DNA from: a virus
Taxonomy: Duplodnaviria > Caudoviricetes
Length of the DNA stretch: 64,000 bases
Reading direction: 5' to 3' (one strand)
IMG/VR virus record: IMGVR_UViG_3300017766_004544
Span: 18,230 to 82,229 of that record
Shown: one piece after another, positions 9,002 through 17,917 of the stretch
How positions within the stretch are numbered: the first letter of the stretch is position 1
Layout: each line of letters begins with the position of its first letter
Translations under genes and position numbers: made by a program
Notes under the pieces: model-generated
Seen by the model: the letters and a program-made list of their open reading frames with translations, nothing else
The model's database searches: none
What the model was told of the DNA's origin: nothing

Positions 9002-9134
9002 CCGCCGTCTTCGGTTGAGGCAACGCTAGGCAGCAGCCACAGTGCGCAAAATGAGTGCCGCCTCGAACCTTTCTAGGATGCCGGCTTGCGATACGGCTGA
9101 CAGGGCGTACACTGACGCCGTCTCCGCTGGGACG

Positions 9135-9410
9135 ATGACCGAAGAGGCCCGCCTGCTACTGGATCGCATGGATCAGCTCGAGTCCAAACTCGAGACGATC
9201 CTGGAGTCGCTCGGCTGTCGTGAGACCGAGCAGTGGATCGACCGCAAAAACGCCTGCCGCCTGCTGGGCATCAGCGACAGCCACCTGCTCACCCTGATTG
9301 CCAAGGGCACCATCAAGGGCGACTCGATCCGCAATGTCGGTACCGCCAAGAAGGCGCGCTACCGCTTCCACCGGGTCAAGCTGCTGAATCAATACCTGGC
9401 TCGCGCTTGA
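9135..9410 (+). CDS. Excisionase-like helix-turn-helix protein
   Basis: WIDRKNACRLLGISDSHLLTLIAKG (Xis/MerR-type HTH); converges on the integrase with a 35-nt overlap. Confidence 0.6.
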   Translation: MTEEARLLLDRMDQLESKLETILESLGCRETEQWIDRKNACRLLGISDSHLLTLIAKGTIKGDSIRNVGTAKKARYRFHRVKLLNQYLARA

Positions 9411-10509
9411 ACTTATGGCCGATGCGCTCGCGCAGCGCAGCCATGTGCCGCCGGTCGATCCAGTGCCGGTAGGTGTTGTTGTGAATCTCAACAGAGTGGC
9501 CCATCAGCCGCGCACCCACGTCGGAGCTGATGCCGTACTTCAGCAAGCGGATCGCATAGGCGTGGCGCGCCGCATAGAGCGGCATGGCAATGCCCTGGTC
9601 CCGCAGGTAATCGTTACAGGCCCGTGACACCTTGAGCTTGTCCTGGCTGGGGCGGTGCATGTGATGCAGCCCCAGCTCCTCGATCCACTCCTCCGGGCAG
9701 GCCCAGACCTGCCGGTTGCCGGTCTTGGTCTCGTGGGGCACCTCCAGCACGCCGTCGGCCCCCAGGGTGCAGCCAATGATCTCGTGGGGGCGGATGCCAA
9801 AGGCCATGACGATCCCGAACATCCAGCGCCAGTGCGGCAGGCGGAGGCGGCCCCAGAACTCCAGCAGCTCCTCATCACTCGGAATCACCCGCACCTGCAG
9901 TTCGGCGCGGCTGTAGCCAGCCGCCGCCTGGGCAATCGCCTCGCGGTCGACCGGCAGGTCCAGCAAGGCAAGCGCTTGACTAAAGACCGAGCCGGTGGAC
10001 TTGCGCGAGCTCGGCGATTCGACCTGCAGCAGCGCGGCCACCAGGCGCTCCTGGTCGCAGGGCCCGCGCATGTCCCGCAGCAGGGCGATCGCCGGCTTGT
10101 ACTTCTTGCCCCAGATCGTCGCCCAGCTCTTTTCGACCTCGGGGTACTTGCGATCGAACAGGGCCTCGATCGCCTCGCAGAACTGCGGCATGGTCACCGT
10201 GGCGGCGGCGTCCTCGCCCCGCAGCCGCGCCGCTAGGCCCTCGCCCTCCCAGTCCCCCCAGTGGAAGCGCCCCTCCAGCAGCTGCTCCTCCAGCTCGAAG
10301 GCCGCTGCCGCTGCGGTCTTGAGCTGCTCGGGGCTGGCCTCTAGGCCCAGGGCGATACGGGCCTGGCGGCGCTTGCCTGGGTCGTTCTGGTCCGGCAGCG
10401 TGCCCCGCAGATAGAGGCGGTTGCCGATCTGGGCGATGCTGCAGCGCTGGAGCTGGGCGTTCTTGCGCCGCAGCTGCGGTGCCAGGTTGAAGGCAGGGAC
10501 TGGGGCCAT
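9376..10509 (-). CDS. int: Tyrosine integrase with N-terminal arm-type domain
   Basis: GIRPHEI (R), TKTG (K), YAARHAY (R), MGHS (H), HNNTY (Y); N-terminal NRLYLRGTLP typical of cyanobacterial tRNA-linked integrases. Confidence 0.9.
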   Translation of the reverse strand: MAPVPAFNLAPQLRRKNAQLQRCSIAQIGNRLYLRGTLPDQNDPGKRRQARIALGLEASPEQLKTAAAAAFELEEQLLEGRFHWGDWEGEGLAARLRGEDAAATVTMPQFCEAIEALFDRKYPEVEKSWATIWGKKYKPAIALLRDMRGPCDQERLVAALLQVESPSSRKSTGSVFSQALALLDLPVDREAIAQAAAGYSRAELQVRVIPSDEELLEFWGRLRLPHWRWMFGIVMAFGIRPHEIIGCTLGADGVLEVPHETKTGNRQVWACPEEWIEELGLHHMHRPSQDKLKVSRACNDYLRDQGIAMPLYAARHAYAIRLLKYGISSDVGARLMGHSVEIHNNTYRHWIDRRHMAALRERIGHKFKREPGIDSAA

Positions 10510-10522
10510 GGCGGCGGGGGCG

Positions 10523-10542
10523 CTTGCCTTAATTCTTGCCTA
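10523..10542. repeat. Arm-type site candidates (CTTGCCTT, CTTGCCTA)
   Basis: Two direct copies at 10523 and 10535, just upstream of the int start. Confidence 0.7.
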
Positions 10543-10586
10543 AACGCCCCCAGACGGCATTGATTCGAACTCGTTCCGACTCGCAC

Positions 10587-10615
10587 AAAAAAAGCCGCCT
10601 CGGGGAGAAGCGGCT
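10587..10615 (-). terminator. Intrinsic terminator downstream of the tRNA 3' fragment
   Basis: Minus strand AGCCGCTTC-TCCCC-GAGGCGGCT followed by a T run. Confidence 0.75.
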
Positions 10616-10646
10616 CAGGGACTGGGTTTTTACCGGTGGAACTGAA

Positions 10647-10693
10647 TCGGAGCGACAGGATTTGAACCTGCGACCCCCACTACCCCAAAGTGG
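10647..10693 (-). mobile_element. attP-like core: 3' half of tRNA-Pro(GGG)
   Basis: Minus strand CCACT-TTGGGGT-AGTGG anticodon arm, GCAGG-TTCAAAT-CCTGT T arm, CGCTCCG-A acceptor strand; no D arm or 5' acceptor strand upstream. Confidence 0.9.
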
Positions 10694-10737
10694 CTCGTCG
10701 TCGTTGAGACCCGTTGCTATGACTAGGGAGCAAGGGA

Positions 10738-10779
10738 CTTGCCTAGCGGCTCTTGCCTAGTGACTTGCCTAATGCCTAG
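10738..10779. repeat. Arm-type site candidates (CTTGCCTA x3 + ATGCCTAG)
   Basis: Direct copies at 10738, 10752, 10764 and a degenerate copy at 10772. Confidence 0.75.
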
Positions 10780-10801
10780 GGCTGGCCACTTCCTGACCCG
10801 C

Positions 10802-11026
10802 TCAGCGCTCCTCGGCCCCCAGCCCCTCGCGCAGGATTGGCCTCAGCGTCTCGGCGATGGGGAAGTGGCGCAGCAGGGCCCGCGCCTCCTTCCTGACCTC
10901 CCCAGGGACCCGCTTGGTCGCCTGCGGGTCGCTGAGCCGCAAGAGAAAGTCCCGCGTCGCCACCACAGCGGCAACCTGCTGCAGGGGGCTACTGATCGGG
11001 ACGGTCAAGCGGTAGCGGTCGCTCAC
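10802..11026 (-). CDS. Small protein resembling the BPSL0761 family
   Basis: AVVATRDFLLRL...RVPGEVRKEARALLRHFP. Confidence 0.55.
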   Translation of the reverse strand: MSDRYRLTVPISSPLQQVAAVVATRDFLLRLSDPQATKRVPGEVRKEARALLRHFPIAETLRPILREGLGAEER

Positions 11027-11391
11027 GCGGGTGTGGCCACGTCAATCGCGGCTCCGACCAGCGCATCGGCGAGACCCTTGATCTCGGTCTCGTGCCACCC
11101 GGCGGTCAGCGAGGCCAGCACCGCCTCACCCACCAGGTAGCAGTAGTCCTGGAAGAGGCCGGTGTAGGTGTTCGCCAGCGGATGCTCGGGGTTGTCCCGT
11201 TCGTCGGCGTAGTACAGGAACTCGAGGAAGTCGGCTCGGTTCTGGTCCTGGCGGACCTGCCCAGTGGGGGCAGTCCCTTGGGCCCTGCAGGCTTCAGTCA
11301 ACGGATTGCAAGACATGGCATCGCCAAGGTAGCGACCCCTTTCAATAAGGGCAGCCATGGCCTTCATTTCGAGGACTGGTTGGCAGCCCAC
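11023..11391 (-). CDS. Hypothetical protein
   Basis: Coupled by 4-nt overlap to 10802..11026. Confidence 0.5.
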   Translation of the reverse strand: MGCQPVLEMKAMAALIERGRYLGDAMSCNPLTEACRAQGTAPTGQVRQDQNRADFLEFLYYADERDNPEHPLANTYTGLFQDYCYLVGEAVLASLTAGWHETEIKGLADALVGAAIDVATPA

Positions 11392-11450
11392 GCCTGCTGT
11401 GCCGCGCGGACTGCCCGCTGTGGCTCATAATGGGGCGCCGATCCGGCCCT

Positions 11451-12293
11451 ATGAGCACCCTGCTCGCGGCCTGGGAGCAGTTCCGCGCCGAGCGAGCAAC
11501 CTCCCTGTGCCCCACCAGCCTCACCAGTGACTACGTCGTGGTCGACAAGTGGCTGCGGCGCTGCCCGCTCCAGGACCTCCACCAGTCCCGGCTGGTCATG
11601 GGCTGGGTCCTGAGCCAGTCTCCGCCCAAGTCGGCCAGGCGGGTGGCGATGTACCTCAAGTCCCTATGCCGCTGGGCGGCCAGCGAAGACATCGCCCTAC
11701 TGGAGCGCAACCCGCTCACCAGCTACCGCATGCCCAAGCCGCCCCAGGGCGAGGAAGAGGTAGTGGTGATCCCGCGCCACAAGACAGCGCTGGTGCTGAT
11801 CGCCCTGGAGCGCGACGTCATGCCCAACTGGTCCCTGTACGCCGAGTGGATGCTGCAGACCGCTATGCGCACCGGCGAGGTCCGGGCCCTGCGCTGGCGC
11901 GACATCAAGGATGACCGCATCCTGGTGCACCAGAACTTCACCTTGACCCACGGCCTTAAGACCAGCACCAAGACAAACCGACAGCGCTGGGTTCCGCTCA
12001 ATGAGCGCTGCCAGGCGATCCTGGCGCAGCTGGACACGGCTGGCGACTACCTCTTCCCGTGGAACCGCCAGGCCTTCCAGAGCATCTTCTACGACCGCAT
12101 GCGACGAGCGCAGCAGGCGGGCCTCATCGAGCGGCGGTATCGCCCCTACGACCTGCGCCACACTGCCATCTCCCGCTGGATCGAGGCGGGGATTCCCGTG
12201 GCCCAGGTGGCGGCCTGGGCTGGCAACTCGGCGGAAGTGATCTGGAAGCACTACGCCGGTGTCAGCCAGGACTACGCCATGCCGGTTCTCTAA
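11451..12293 (+). CDS. Second tyrosine recombinase (short, no obvious arm domain)
   Basis: AMRTGEV (R), TKT (K), YDLRH (R), WAGNS, KHY (Y); about 280 aa. Confidence 0.85.
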   Translation: MSTLLAAWEQFRAERATSLCPTSLTSDYVVVDKWLRRCPLQDLHQSRLVMGWVLSQSPPKSARRVAMYLKSLCRWAASEDIALLERNPLTSYRMPKPPQGEEEVVVIPRHKTALVLIALERDVMPNWSLYAEWMLQTAMRTGEVRALRWRDIKDDRILVHQNFTLTHGLKTSTKTNRQRWVPLNERCQAILAQLDTAGDYLFPWNRQAFQSIFYDRMRRAQQAGLIERRYRPYDLRHTAISRWIEAGIPVAQVAAWAGNSAEVIWKHYAGVSQDYAMPVL

Positions 12294-12466
12294 GAAGGCC
12301 GACATCTCAAAGTGCGCTCATGCCAGCCGCAGAGAGCGCCGGCACCGCTGGCGGCACTGCGCTCCGGACTATGAGCGCCTGTCCAATCCTGCCCCTCTAA
12401 GGCAGAGCGGGCTGTCCGTACTGCTGGCCTCCACCTCAAGCCCCATTCACCCCCTGGGGACCTGGC

Positions 12467-13051
12467 CTAGGGGACGTCGCTTTGCTCGCCCTCCAGATCG
12501 CTCAGATTGGCGGCGAGCTGAGGCTCGTCACTCACATCGCCCGACACGGGCTCCGGGGTGACGGGCTCGGGCGGCACGGGCGCAGGCAGGCGCGGATCGG
12601 GCGGCCAGCTGCTGTACTCGGGGCTGGTGACGAACGCTGCCAATTCCTCTGTCGTGGCAGTGGTGACGATGCCAGAAATCTTGAGCTCCGAGGCCAGTCG
12701 CAGGTCTTCCCGCCAGCCCTTGATCTCGGGGTCAACAGAGACACCGTTGTCCTGCTCGCGAATCACCATCCAGTCGGTGGGAGTGATCAGGGTGCCGGCA
12801 GTTGTACGGGTCTGCTGAGTCCACTGCTCGACGAGCTGGCTGTGGTCCTTGGGAATCAGGTTGCCGTCCGCGTCGTAGCCCCAGTAAAACCGCTGGTCAT
12901 ACGGCTGAGGATCTGGAACCTCGGTAATGCCGATGGCTTCGCGCTCTTCGGGGGTCGATAAGCGCAAAAAGTTGGCCGGGTACTGCACACCCGTCTGCGG
13001 ATCCGTGAAGGCCACGTCCGGGCTGAGTGACTTTCCGTCGAGGATGAACAT
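12467..13051 (-). CDS. Tail fibre-associated / assembly protein
   Basis: Directly downstream of the large fibre gene; QYPANFLRLSTPEEREAIGITE...DQRFYW...TDWMVIR. Confidence 0.6.
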   Translation of the reverse strand: MFILDGKSLSPDVAFTDPQTGVQYPANFLRLSTPEEREAIGITEVPDPQPYDQRFYWGYDADGNLIPKDHSQLVEQWTQQTRTTAGTLITPTDWMVIREQDNGVSVDPEIKGWREDLRLASELKISGIVTTATTEELAAFVTSPEYSSWPPDPRLPAPVPPEPVTPEPVSGDVSDEPQLAANLSDLEGEQSDVP

Positions 13052-13213
13052 GGCGATCAGGTCCGTAGTTCTAGGTTAGCTTCGGCGGCCTATAAGCGAA
13101 GGTGACTAAAAGGTTTGATGGCCTGAACGTGAGACGCCTCATAAGGACGAAGCAGGGGTTCAGGCTCTGTCATTAGAGTGTAGGTCCTGTGAGCCCAGAG
13201 GACTTGTTCACTA

Positions 13214-16200
13214 CTAGCGGGCGCGGTTGTTGGCGGCAAAGGGCGATTCGGCCCAAGCAAAACCGACATATGTGCCACTACTTGCGTTGGAATCGTTGTA
13301 TGCGTTTCTGATTTTGAAACCGTTACTTAAAAAATCCCAACCAAGGCCAGACTGAGCTGCTTCAGCATCACTTGTGTTGGCATACAAATAAGTATTGTTC
13401 AAGTTGTAAGCCCCACGAGCGGCATCTACTAATAGCCAGTTGCCGGTTGCGTCAGTGCGTTTAATTAGCAATAGCTTGGGGCGGAAAGATAATGCAACAA
13501 ATGGTCCGTCTGAGCTAGATCCATTTCCGGTGAAGGAAAACGCAGAAGAGTACCCGTCTAATGGCGCCCAGCAATACGCCACCAGAAGATTTGAAGACCC
13601 GTTTGATCCGGATTGCGTTCCAACAGAAAATACAGTTGAGGAAGGTGCAGTACCATTCCACATTGTGGATACACTGTCTGCCCCATCCGTTGCATTAAGA
13701 CGTAGGCGAAGATTGGCGTTGCCCAATGCTTGATGGTAGACCTGCCAGTTATCGGCGCTACTGCTGCGGTTTTTGACAATCAGCATTGATGGCGCAACGC
13801 CAAGCCCATGCCCAACCGTGGCGTTGGCTCCAGTTCCCGTGTACGTGACCACCGAGAACCCCGCACTCGGGTTAGCCCGCACCTGAGAAGCGATGGAGCC
13901 TTGCGTGTTCGTGACTGTTGTATTCCCGGCGTCCCAGGCCCAGGCGGCGTAAGACCCAGAGCTGGCGTTAAATCCAGCATCTGCATCTAGGCTGAAGCCA
14001 TCTGAGTTGAAAGAGGTGATGCAATCTGTCTCGGTAATCTCTGCGCTGGTCTGATCCGATGAAAGCAACTTGGTGTTGCCACGAACCGTGTCCGTTAGCC
14101 AATGACTGCGGGCGGCAGATCTCTGCTTAACCCACACCAGATCCGGCGAGAACCCCAGCCCTGAAATCGTCTGCGAACTGCCATTACCAGTCCAGAGCTT
14201 CACATCGAACAGGTCACTAGGCTTTGTGACTACTGGGGCCGGGAGGTTAGCCGTACAGAGCGCCTTGAAGCCCGCTGGTGCTTGATACGCCCAACTGCGT
14301 TGGCCCCAGTTCGAGTTAAGAGTGCAACTAACTATCGTGGCAAAAGGCCAGAACGTGCCAGTCAAACCAGACACAGCTGGGTTGGCGCCTGTGACAGGGT
14401 TGCCACTGTTTTGCCAGGTGCCGTTCTTTGAGAAATAAAGCTTACCGTTATCACCGTCATACGCGATTCCAATCACGTCTCCCGTTGTGTATGTAGCTCC
14501 ATAAGCCGAGTTGCTAGAGTCAGTGTAAACATTGCCGTCTACACTGTAATAACCACGGCGGTTAGCATCAGAAGCGGCTTGAGATGGATTATTTGAAATG
14601 CCAATTACTGCCCCACTGCCGATAGACGCAACAGTGTGCTCCCAGTAGTATTTGCCGGAGCTGACGCCTATGGTTCCGTAAATGCGGTAAACACTAGCAT
14701 TTGAAGTATCAAGATTTCCATTAGATACAACGCCGGTACTGCCTGCGATGGGGTTCCAGGTGCAGTAGTTTCCTCGAACTTGATTCCCGAGCCCAGAATC
14801 TACCTCGCTGCCATTAGTGGGAACGTCTAGTAAAGAGTCATTTTCCTTCGTGCTTTGACTGTTGTTGCTAAGTGTCGCGCCAGCCACCCAGGAGCCAGAC
14901 GGGCTTGCAAGCACAAAGCTGTTCGAGCCAGCATCCTTGGAGTAAACAATGCCAGACCCGCTCGACGCTCCACTAGCCAACACGGAGTCCCCAAGGCGCA
15001 ACTCGGATACGAACCCTGACGGAGTGGTGGTCGTTATGTTCCTCAGCCCTGCTCCACTTACCAAGATGTAGCCGTCAATCTCGATAGCGGCGGGCCAATA
15101 GAGATCGGGAGACCAGCTATCAGAGGAGTTCTTGACCGTGAAGGCTGTGATAGATGTAATGGCCTCGCCCGGCGTCATCAGGCTAGAGTAGTCAACCCAC
15201 GACCAGCCACTGCCAACGGTTGGCTTCTTGCCATTCACTTCGGTGTACATCCTATACGTCGTCCCTCCGGCAGCCGCGTTCCAGGCATTGATACAAAATA
15301 TGCGGAGCGATTTGTTGAAGGTCAGTCCAGGTGGGAACCATGTGCAGTAATAGGTTCCGCCGTTGTAGGTATAGTTTGATACATACGGTCGTGCATCAGT
15401 GCTGCCGGCAAAGGTGGCTGCCGGGAATGAGTTTGTGTATAGGTAAGAGCTGTATGTACCCGTGCTCTGATATGTAGGCTGAGAGCTGGTGCTAGTAGCC
15501 GATATGGTTCCCGAGTAGCCGATGTACGTTGAGATGTTGTTCGGCGTCCAGTTGTTGGCCGGGGAGTTGCCACTAGTGTCCTTCCCTAATGCCGCTGCGG
15601 TTGCTGCACTGTTGTCCGCGAAATCGAGGTGCCAGCCTTGCGAGCCGTAGCTGCCGGTGTACGCCTTGGGCACCCACACGCCGGTGGTCGCGGAGAACTC
15701 GCCGAAGCTGGTGGGGTCTAGGGCTTGGCCGTCGATGAAGTGGATGTCGGCGAGGTAGCCGTTGAGGTATGCGGAAGGTGTAGTGGCCGCCCCAATTCCA
15801 TGTAGTGCCGCTTGGTTTATCCCTAGATCGGCGTTTTGGCTGGGGTTTGCGGAGGTGGAAAATGCAGTTATCTGAGAACCATTGACGTACAGCTTTATTC
15901 TGTTTGCTGCAGTCGCTTGAGTTGTATCAAGCGCCAGCACTATGTGCATCCACGCAGAGCAATCCCTGAATACGGCGCTAGTGGTGAACCAAGTTGTTAC
16001 CGGACCCGAAAACTCTAACGTGTTGGTACTCTTTAAGTAGAAGATAGAAAATTGGCTGTCTGACGAAACTGGGCGGCAATCAAGAAGCGCCTGATCTGTT
16101 CCAAGCCCGCTCCGCTTCACCCACCCCGCCCAGGTCCACGTCTTGCGGTTGCCGGCTGATGCGGGGGTGTGGCTGAGAAAACTGCTGTCGGCTGCGTTGA

Positions 16201-16282
16201 AGCGGAGGGAACGTGAGATGCTGTATCCGCCAGCGCCAGCAGCATCGGCGGCCAGTAGTAGGTTGCTGTTGATCATGCTCAT
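13214..16282 (-). CDS. Large tail fibre / receptor-binding protein with ConA-like lectin and SPRY-like domains
   Basis: 1022 aa, S/T/G/N-rich beta motifs (KTWTWAGWVKRS, WMHIVLA, SGKYYWE, GDVIGIAYD, PDLVWVKQRS). Confidence 0.75.
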   Translation of the reverse strand: MSMINSNLLLAADAAGAGGYSISRSLRFNAADSSFLSHTPASAGNRKTWTWAGWVKRSGLGTDQALLDCRPVSSDSQFSIFYLKSTNTLEFSGPVTTWFTTSAVFRDCSAWMHIVLALDTTQATAANRIKLYVNGSQITAFSTSANPSQNADLGINQAALHGIGAATTPSAYLNGYLADIHFIDGQALDPTSFGEFSATTGVWVPKAYTGSYGSQGWHLDFADNSAATAAALGKDTSGNSPANNWTPNNISTYIGYSGTISATSTSSQPTYQSTGTYSSYLYTNSFPAATFAGSTDARPYVSNYTYNGGTYYCTWFPPGLTFNKSLRIFCINAWNAAAGGTTYRMYTEVNGKKPTVGSGWSWVDYSSLMTPGEAITSITAFTVKNSSDSWSPDLYWPAAIEIDGYILVSGAGLRNITTTTPSGFVSELRLGDSVLASGASSGSGIVYSKDAGSNSFVLASPSGSWVAGATLSNNSQSTKENDSLLDVPTNGSEVDSGLGNQVRGNYCTWNPIAGSTGVVSNGNLDTSNASVYRIYGTIGVSSGKYYWEHTVASIGSGAVIGISNNPSQAASDANRRGYYSVDGNVYTDSSNSAYGATYTTGDVIGIAYDGDNGKLYFSKNGTWQNSGNPVTGANPAVSGLTGTFWPFATIVSCTLNSNWGQRSWAYQAPAGFKALCTANLPAPVVTKPSDLFDVKLWTGNGSSQTISGLGFSPDLVWVKQRSAARSHWLTDTVRGNTKLLSSDQTSAEITETDCITSFNSDGFSLDADAGFNASSGSYAAWAWDAGNTTVTNTQGSIASQVRANPSAGFSVVTYTGTGANATVGHGLGVAPSMLIVKNRSSSADNWQVYHQALGNANLRLRLNATDGADSVSTMWNGTAPSSTVFSVGTQSGSNGSSNLLVAYCWAPLDGYSSAFSFTGNGSSSDGPFVALSFRPKLLLIKRTDATGNWLLVDAARGAYNLNNTYLYANTSDAEAAQSGLGWDFLSNGFKIRNAYNDSNASSGTYVGFAWAESPFAANNRAR

Positions 16283-16665
16283 TTCACGTCCAAGACAAGG
16301 CGAGCTGTGATGCGCGTGGCGGATTCGACGTAGTAGACCAGGGCGTCCGTGCCGCTAGCCGTTGCGGTCGGCGCCGTGCCCCCGGGGAACTTCCAGTAGC
16401 TCCCGTACGCCAGGGTGTAGGCGCCGCCATTGGTGATCATGATGGTGCCCGATTGTCCCGCCGTGATATTGGAGGGGTTGGCCAGAGTGCCGTTAGCTGA
16501 CAGGCTCAACGAATAGTTGTTCCCGGAAGCAAAATTCAGCGTGATTGTGCCACTGACGCTGCCTTGCGCCACGATCGTCCCCCGCTGGGCGGCACTAAAG
16601 CTCTGCGCTGTGCCAAGAGCGGCGTAGCCACTCAGGTCAGGAGATGGAACAAAGAACAGTGACAT
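16279..16665 (-). CDS. Small tail fibre-related protein
   Basis: Homologous to the C-terminus of 17918..18808 (AAQRG...NP..GQSG...YG.YWKF...D.LVYYV). Confidence 0.65.
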   Translation of the reverse strand: MSLFFVPSPDLSGYAALGTAQSFSAAQRGTIVAQGSVSGTITLNFASGNNYSLSLSANGTLANPSNITAGQSGTIMITNGGAYTLAYGSYWKFPGGTAPTATASGTDALVYYVESATRITARLVLDVK

Positions 16666-17858
16666 CAGACGTACTCCGTGACCTGAGCGGCACCGTTCGC
16701 TGAAGCCCAGATGCCGTACAGCGCATTGGTCACGATCAGCTGCTGATCCAGTAGCAGGAACCCGCCCGCTGGAATCTCGACAAAGCAGTTCGCTGTTGTG
16801 GCCGGACTACTAAAGCTCAAGTACAGCTTCGCGGTGCTGATATTGGCGACCGAGAAACCGCGGCGGCTGGCATTGGAGGCCAGGATCGTCACACTGCTGG
16901 CACTGCTGCTGATGCTGGCCGTGGTTGGGGTCCGCGCCGCCACGCTGGTGGGTTGCGTGACTCCGCTGCCATCGATCAGTAAGCGCGTGCTGTTGACCGT
17001 CAGCCCGGTTGGCAAAGGCACTGTTGCCGCACTGACCGGCTGAGTGACTCCACTGCCATCGACAGGTACTCGACTCGACACCAGGGCCGGCAGCTTGCCG
17101 TCGATGCTGCCCAGACTGGTATTAGTAGTGTCCTGCCTAGCGCTAGTGGCCGCTCCTGCCGGCAGTGGTAGAGCTGTTGCACTGACTGGCTGGGTAACGC
17201 CAGAGCTATCGACCAGCAAGCGCGTGCTGCTGATCGTCAGGCCCGAAGGCAGCTTGCTGTCCAGGCTGCCCAGGCTGGTATTGCCGGTGTCCTGTTTCGT
17301 TGAGGTGGCCGCACCTGTAGGTAGCGCTGAGGAGGCCACCGTGATCGACTCATCGCTCGGTGTAACGTCCGCCGCGCTCGGTGCGGCAATCACCGCGCTA
17401 GTCGACAGGTTGTACCAGACCTGCGTGACGACGGGCGTACTGGCGTTGACGTCGAGGATCAGCAGCCGCGCCAGAAAGTCCCCGTTGCTGTACCCCGTGC
17501 CGCCAGCTGTGGCAACGAACAGGGCTTGAGTGACATCACGCTCAGCCGTCGCCAAGGGCTTGAGGCCCGCCCCGGGTGTGGCACTTGTACCATCCGGTGT
17601 CGTCCAGGTGATCGTGATTGCACCGGTGCCTTCGTTGACTGTGTCACGGCGCACGTAGTAGGCACCTGAGTTATCGGTCCAGAGTGTGCTCTCTAGATCG
17701 ATGCTCGCTTTGATTGCGTCGCGCACCTGCGCCAGGGTGGCCTCGGTGGCCGCACCAGTGGGCAGCGCGATGCTGGTGATATTGGTCTGAATTGGATCGC
17801 GGATCTGACGTACCGCGATTTCTTCATAGTCGCGGTTGTTGATCCGAATGACAGGCAT
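16665..17858 (-). CDS. Structural protein with internal repeats
   Basis: Repeats LPxGAATSxxQDTxNTSLGS (x2) and [VI]DxSGVTQP (x3). Confidence 0.65.
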   Translation of the reverse strand: MPVIRINNRDYEEIAVRQIRDPIQTNITSIALPTGAATEATLAQVRDAIKASIDLESTLWTDNSGAYYVRRDTVNEGTGAITITWTTPDGTSATPGAGLKPLATAERDVTQALFVATAGGTGYSNGDFLARLLILDVNASTPVVTQVWYNLSTSAVIAAPSAADVTPSDESITVASSALPTGAATSTKQDTGNTSLGSLDSKLPSGLTISSTRLLVDSSGVTQPVSATALPLPAGAATSARQDTTNTSLGSIDGKLPALVSSRVPVDGSGVTQPVSAATVPLPTGLTVNSTRLLIDGSGVTQPTSVAARTPTTASISSSASSVTILASNASRRGFSVANISTAKLYLSFSSPATTANCFVEIPAGGFLLLDQQLIVTNALYGIWASANGAAQVTEYV

Positions 17859-17881
17859 CGAACTGCAGGATCCACTGTTCG

Positions 17882-17900
17882 GTTCATTCTAAGAATGAAC
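17882..17900. promoter_or_regulatory. Perfect 9-1-9 palindrome containing TAGAAT on the minus strand
   Basis: GTTCATTCT-A-AGAATGAAC in the intergenic gap. Confidence 0.5.
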
Positions 17901-17917
17901 ACCGCGCTACTTCTGGC

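Noticed and set aside
10647-10730. Functional tRNA-Pro gene
   Set aside because: The sequence 5' of the anticodon arm has no D arm or complementary acceptor strand; only the 3' half is present.
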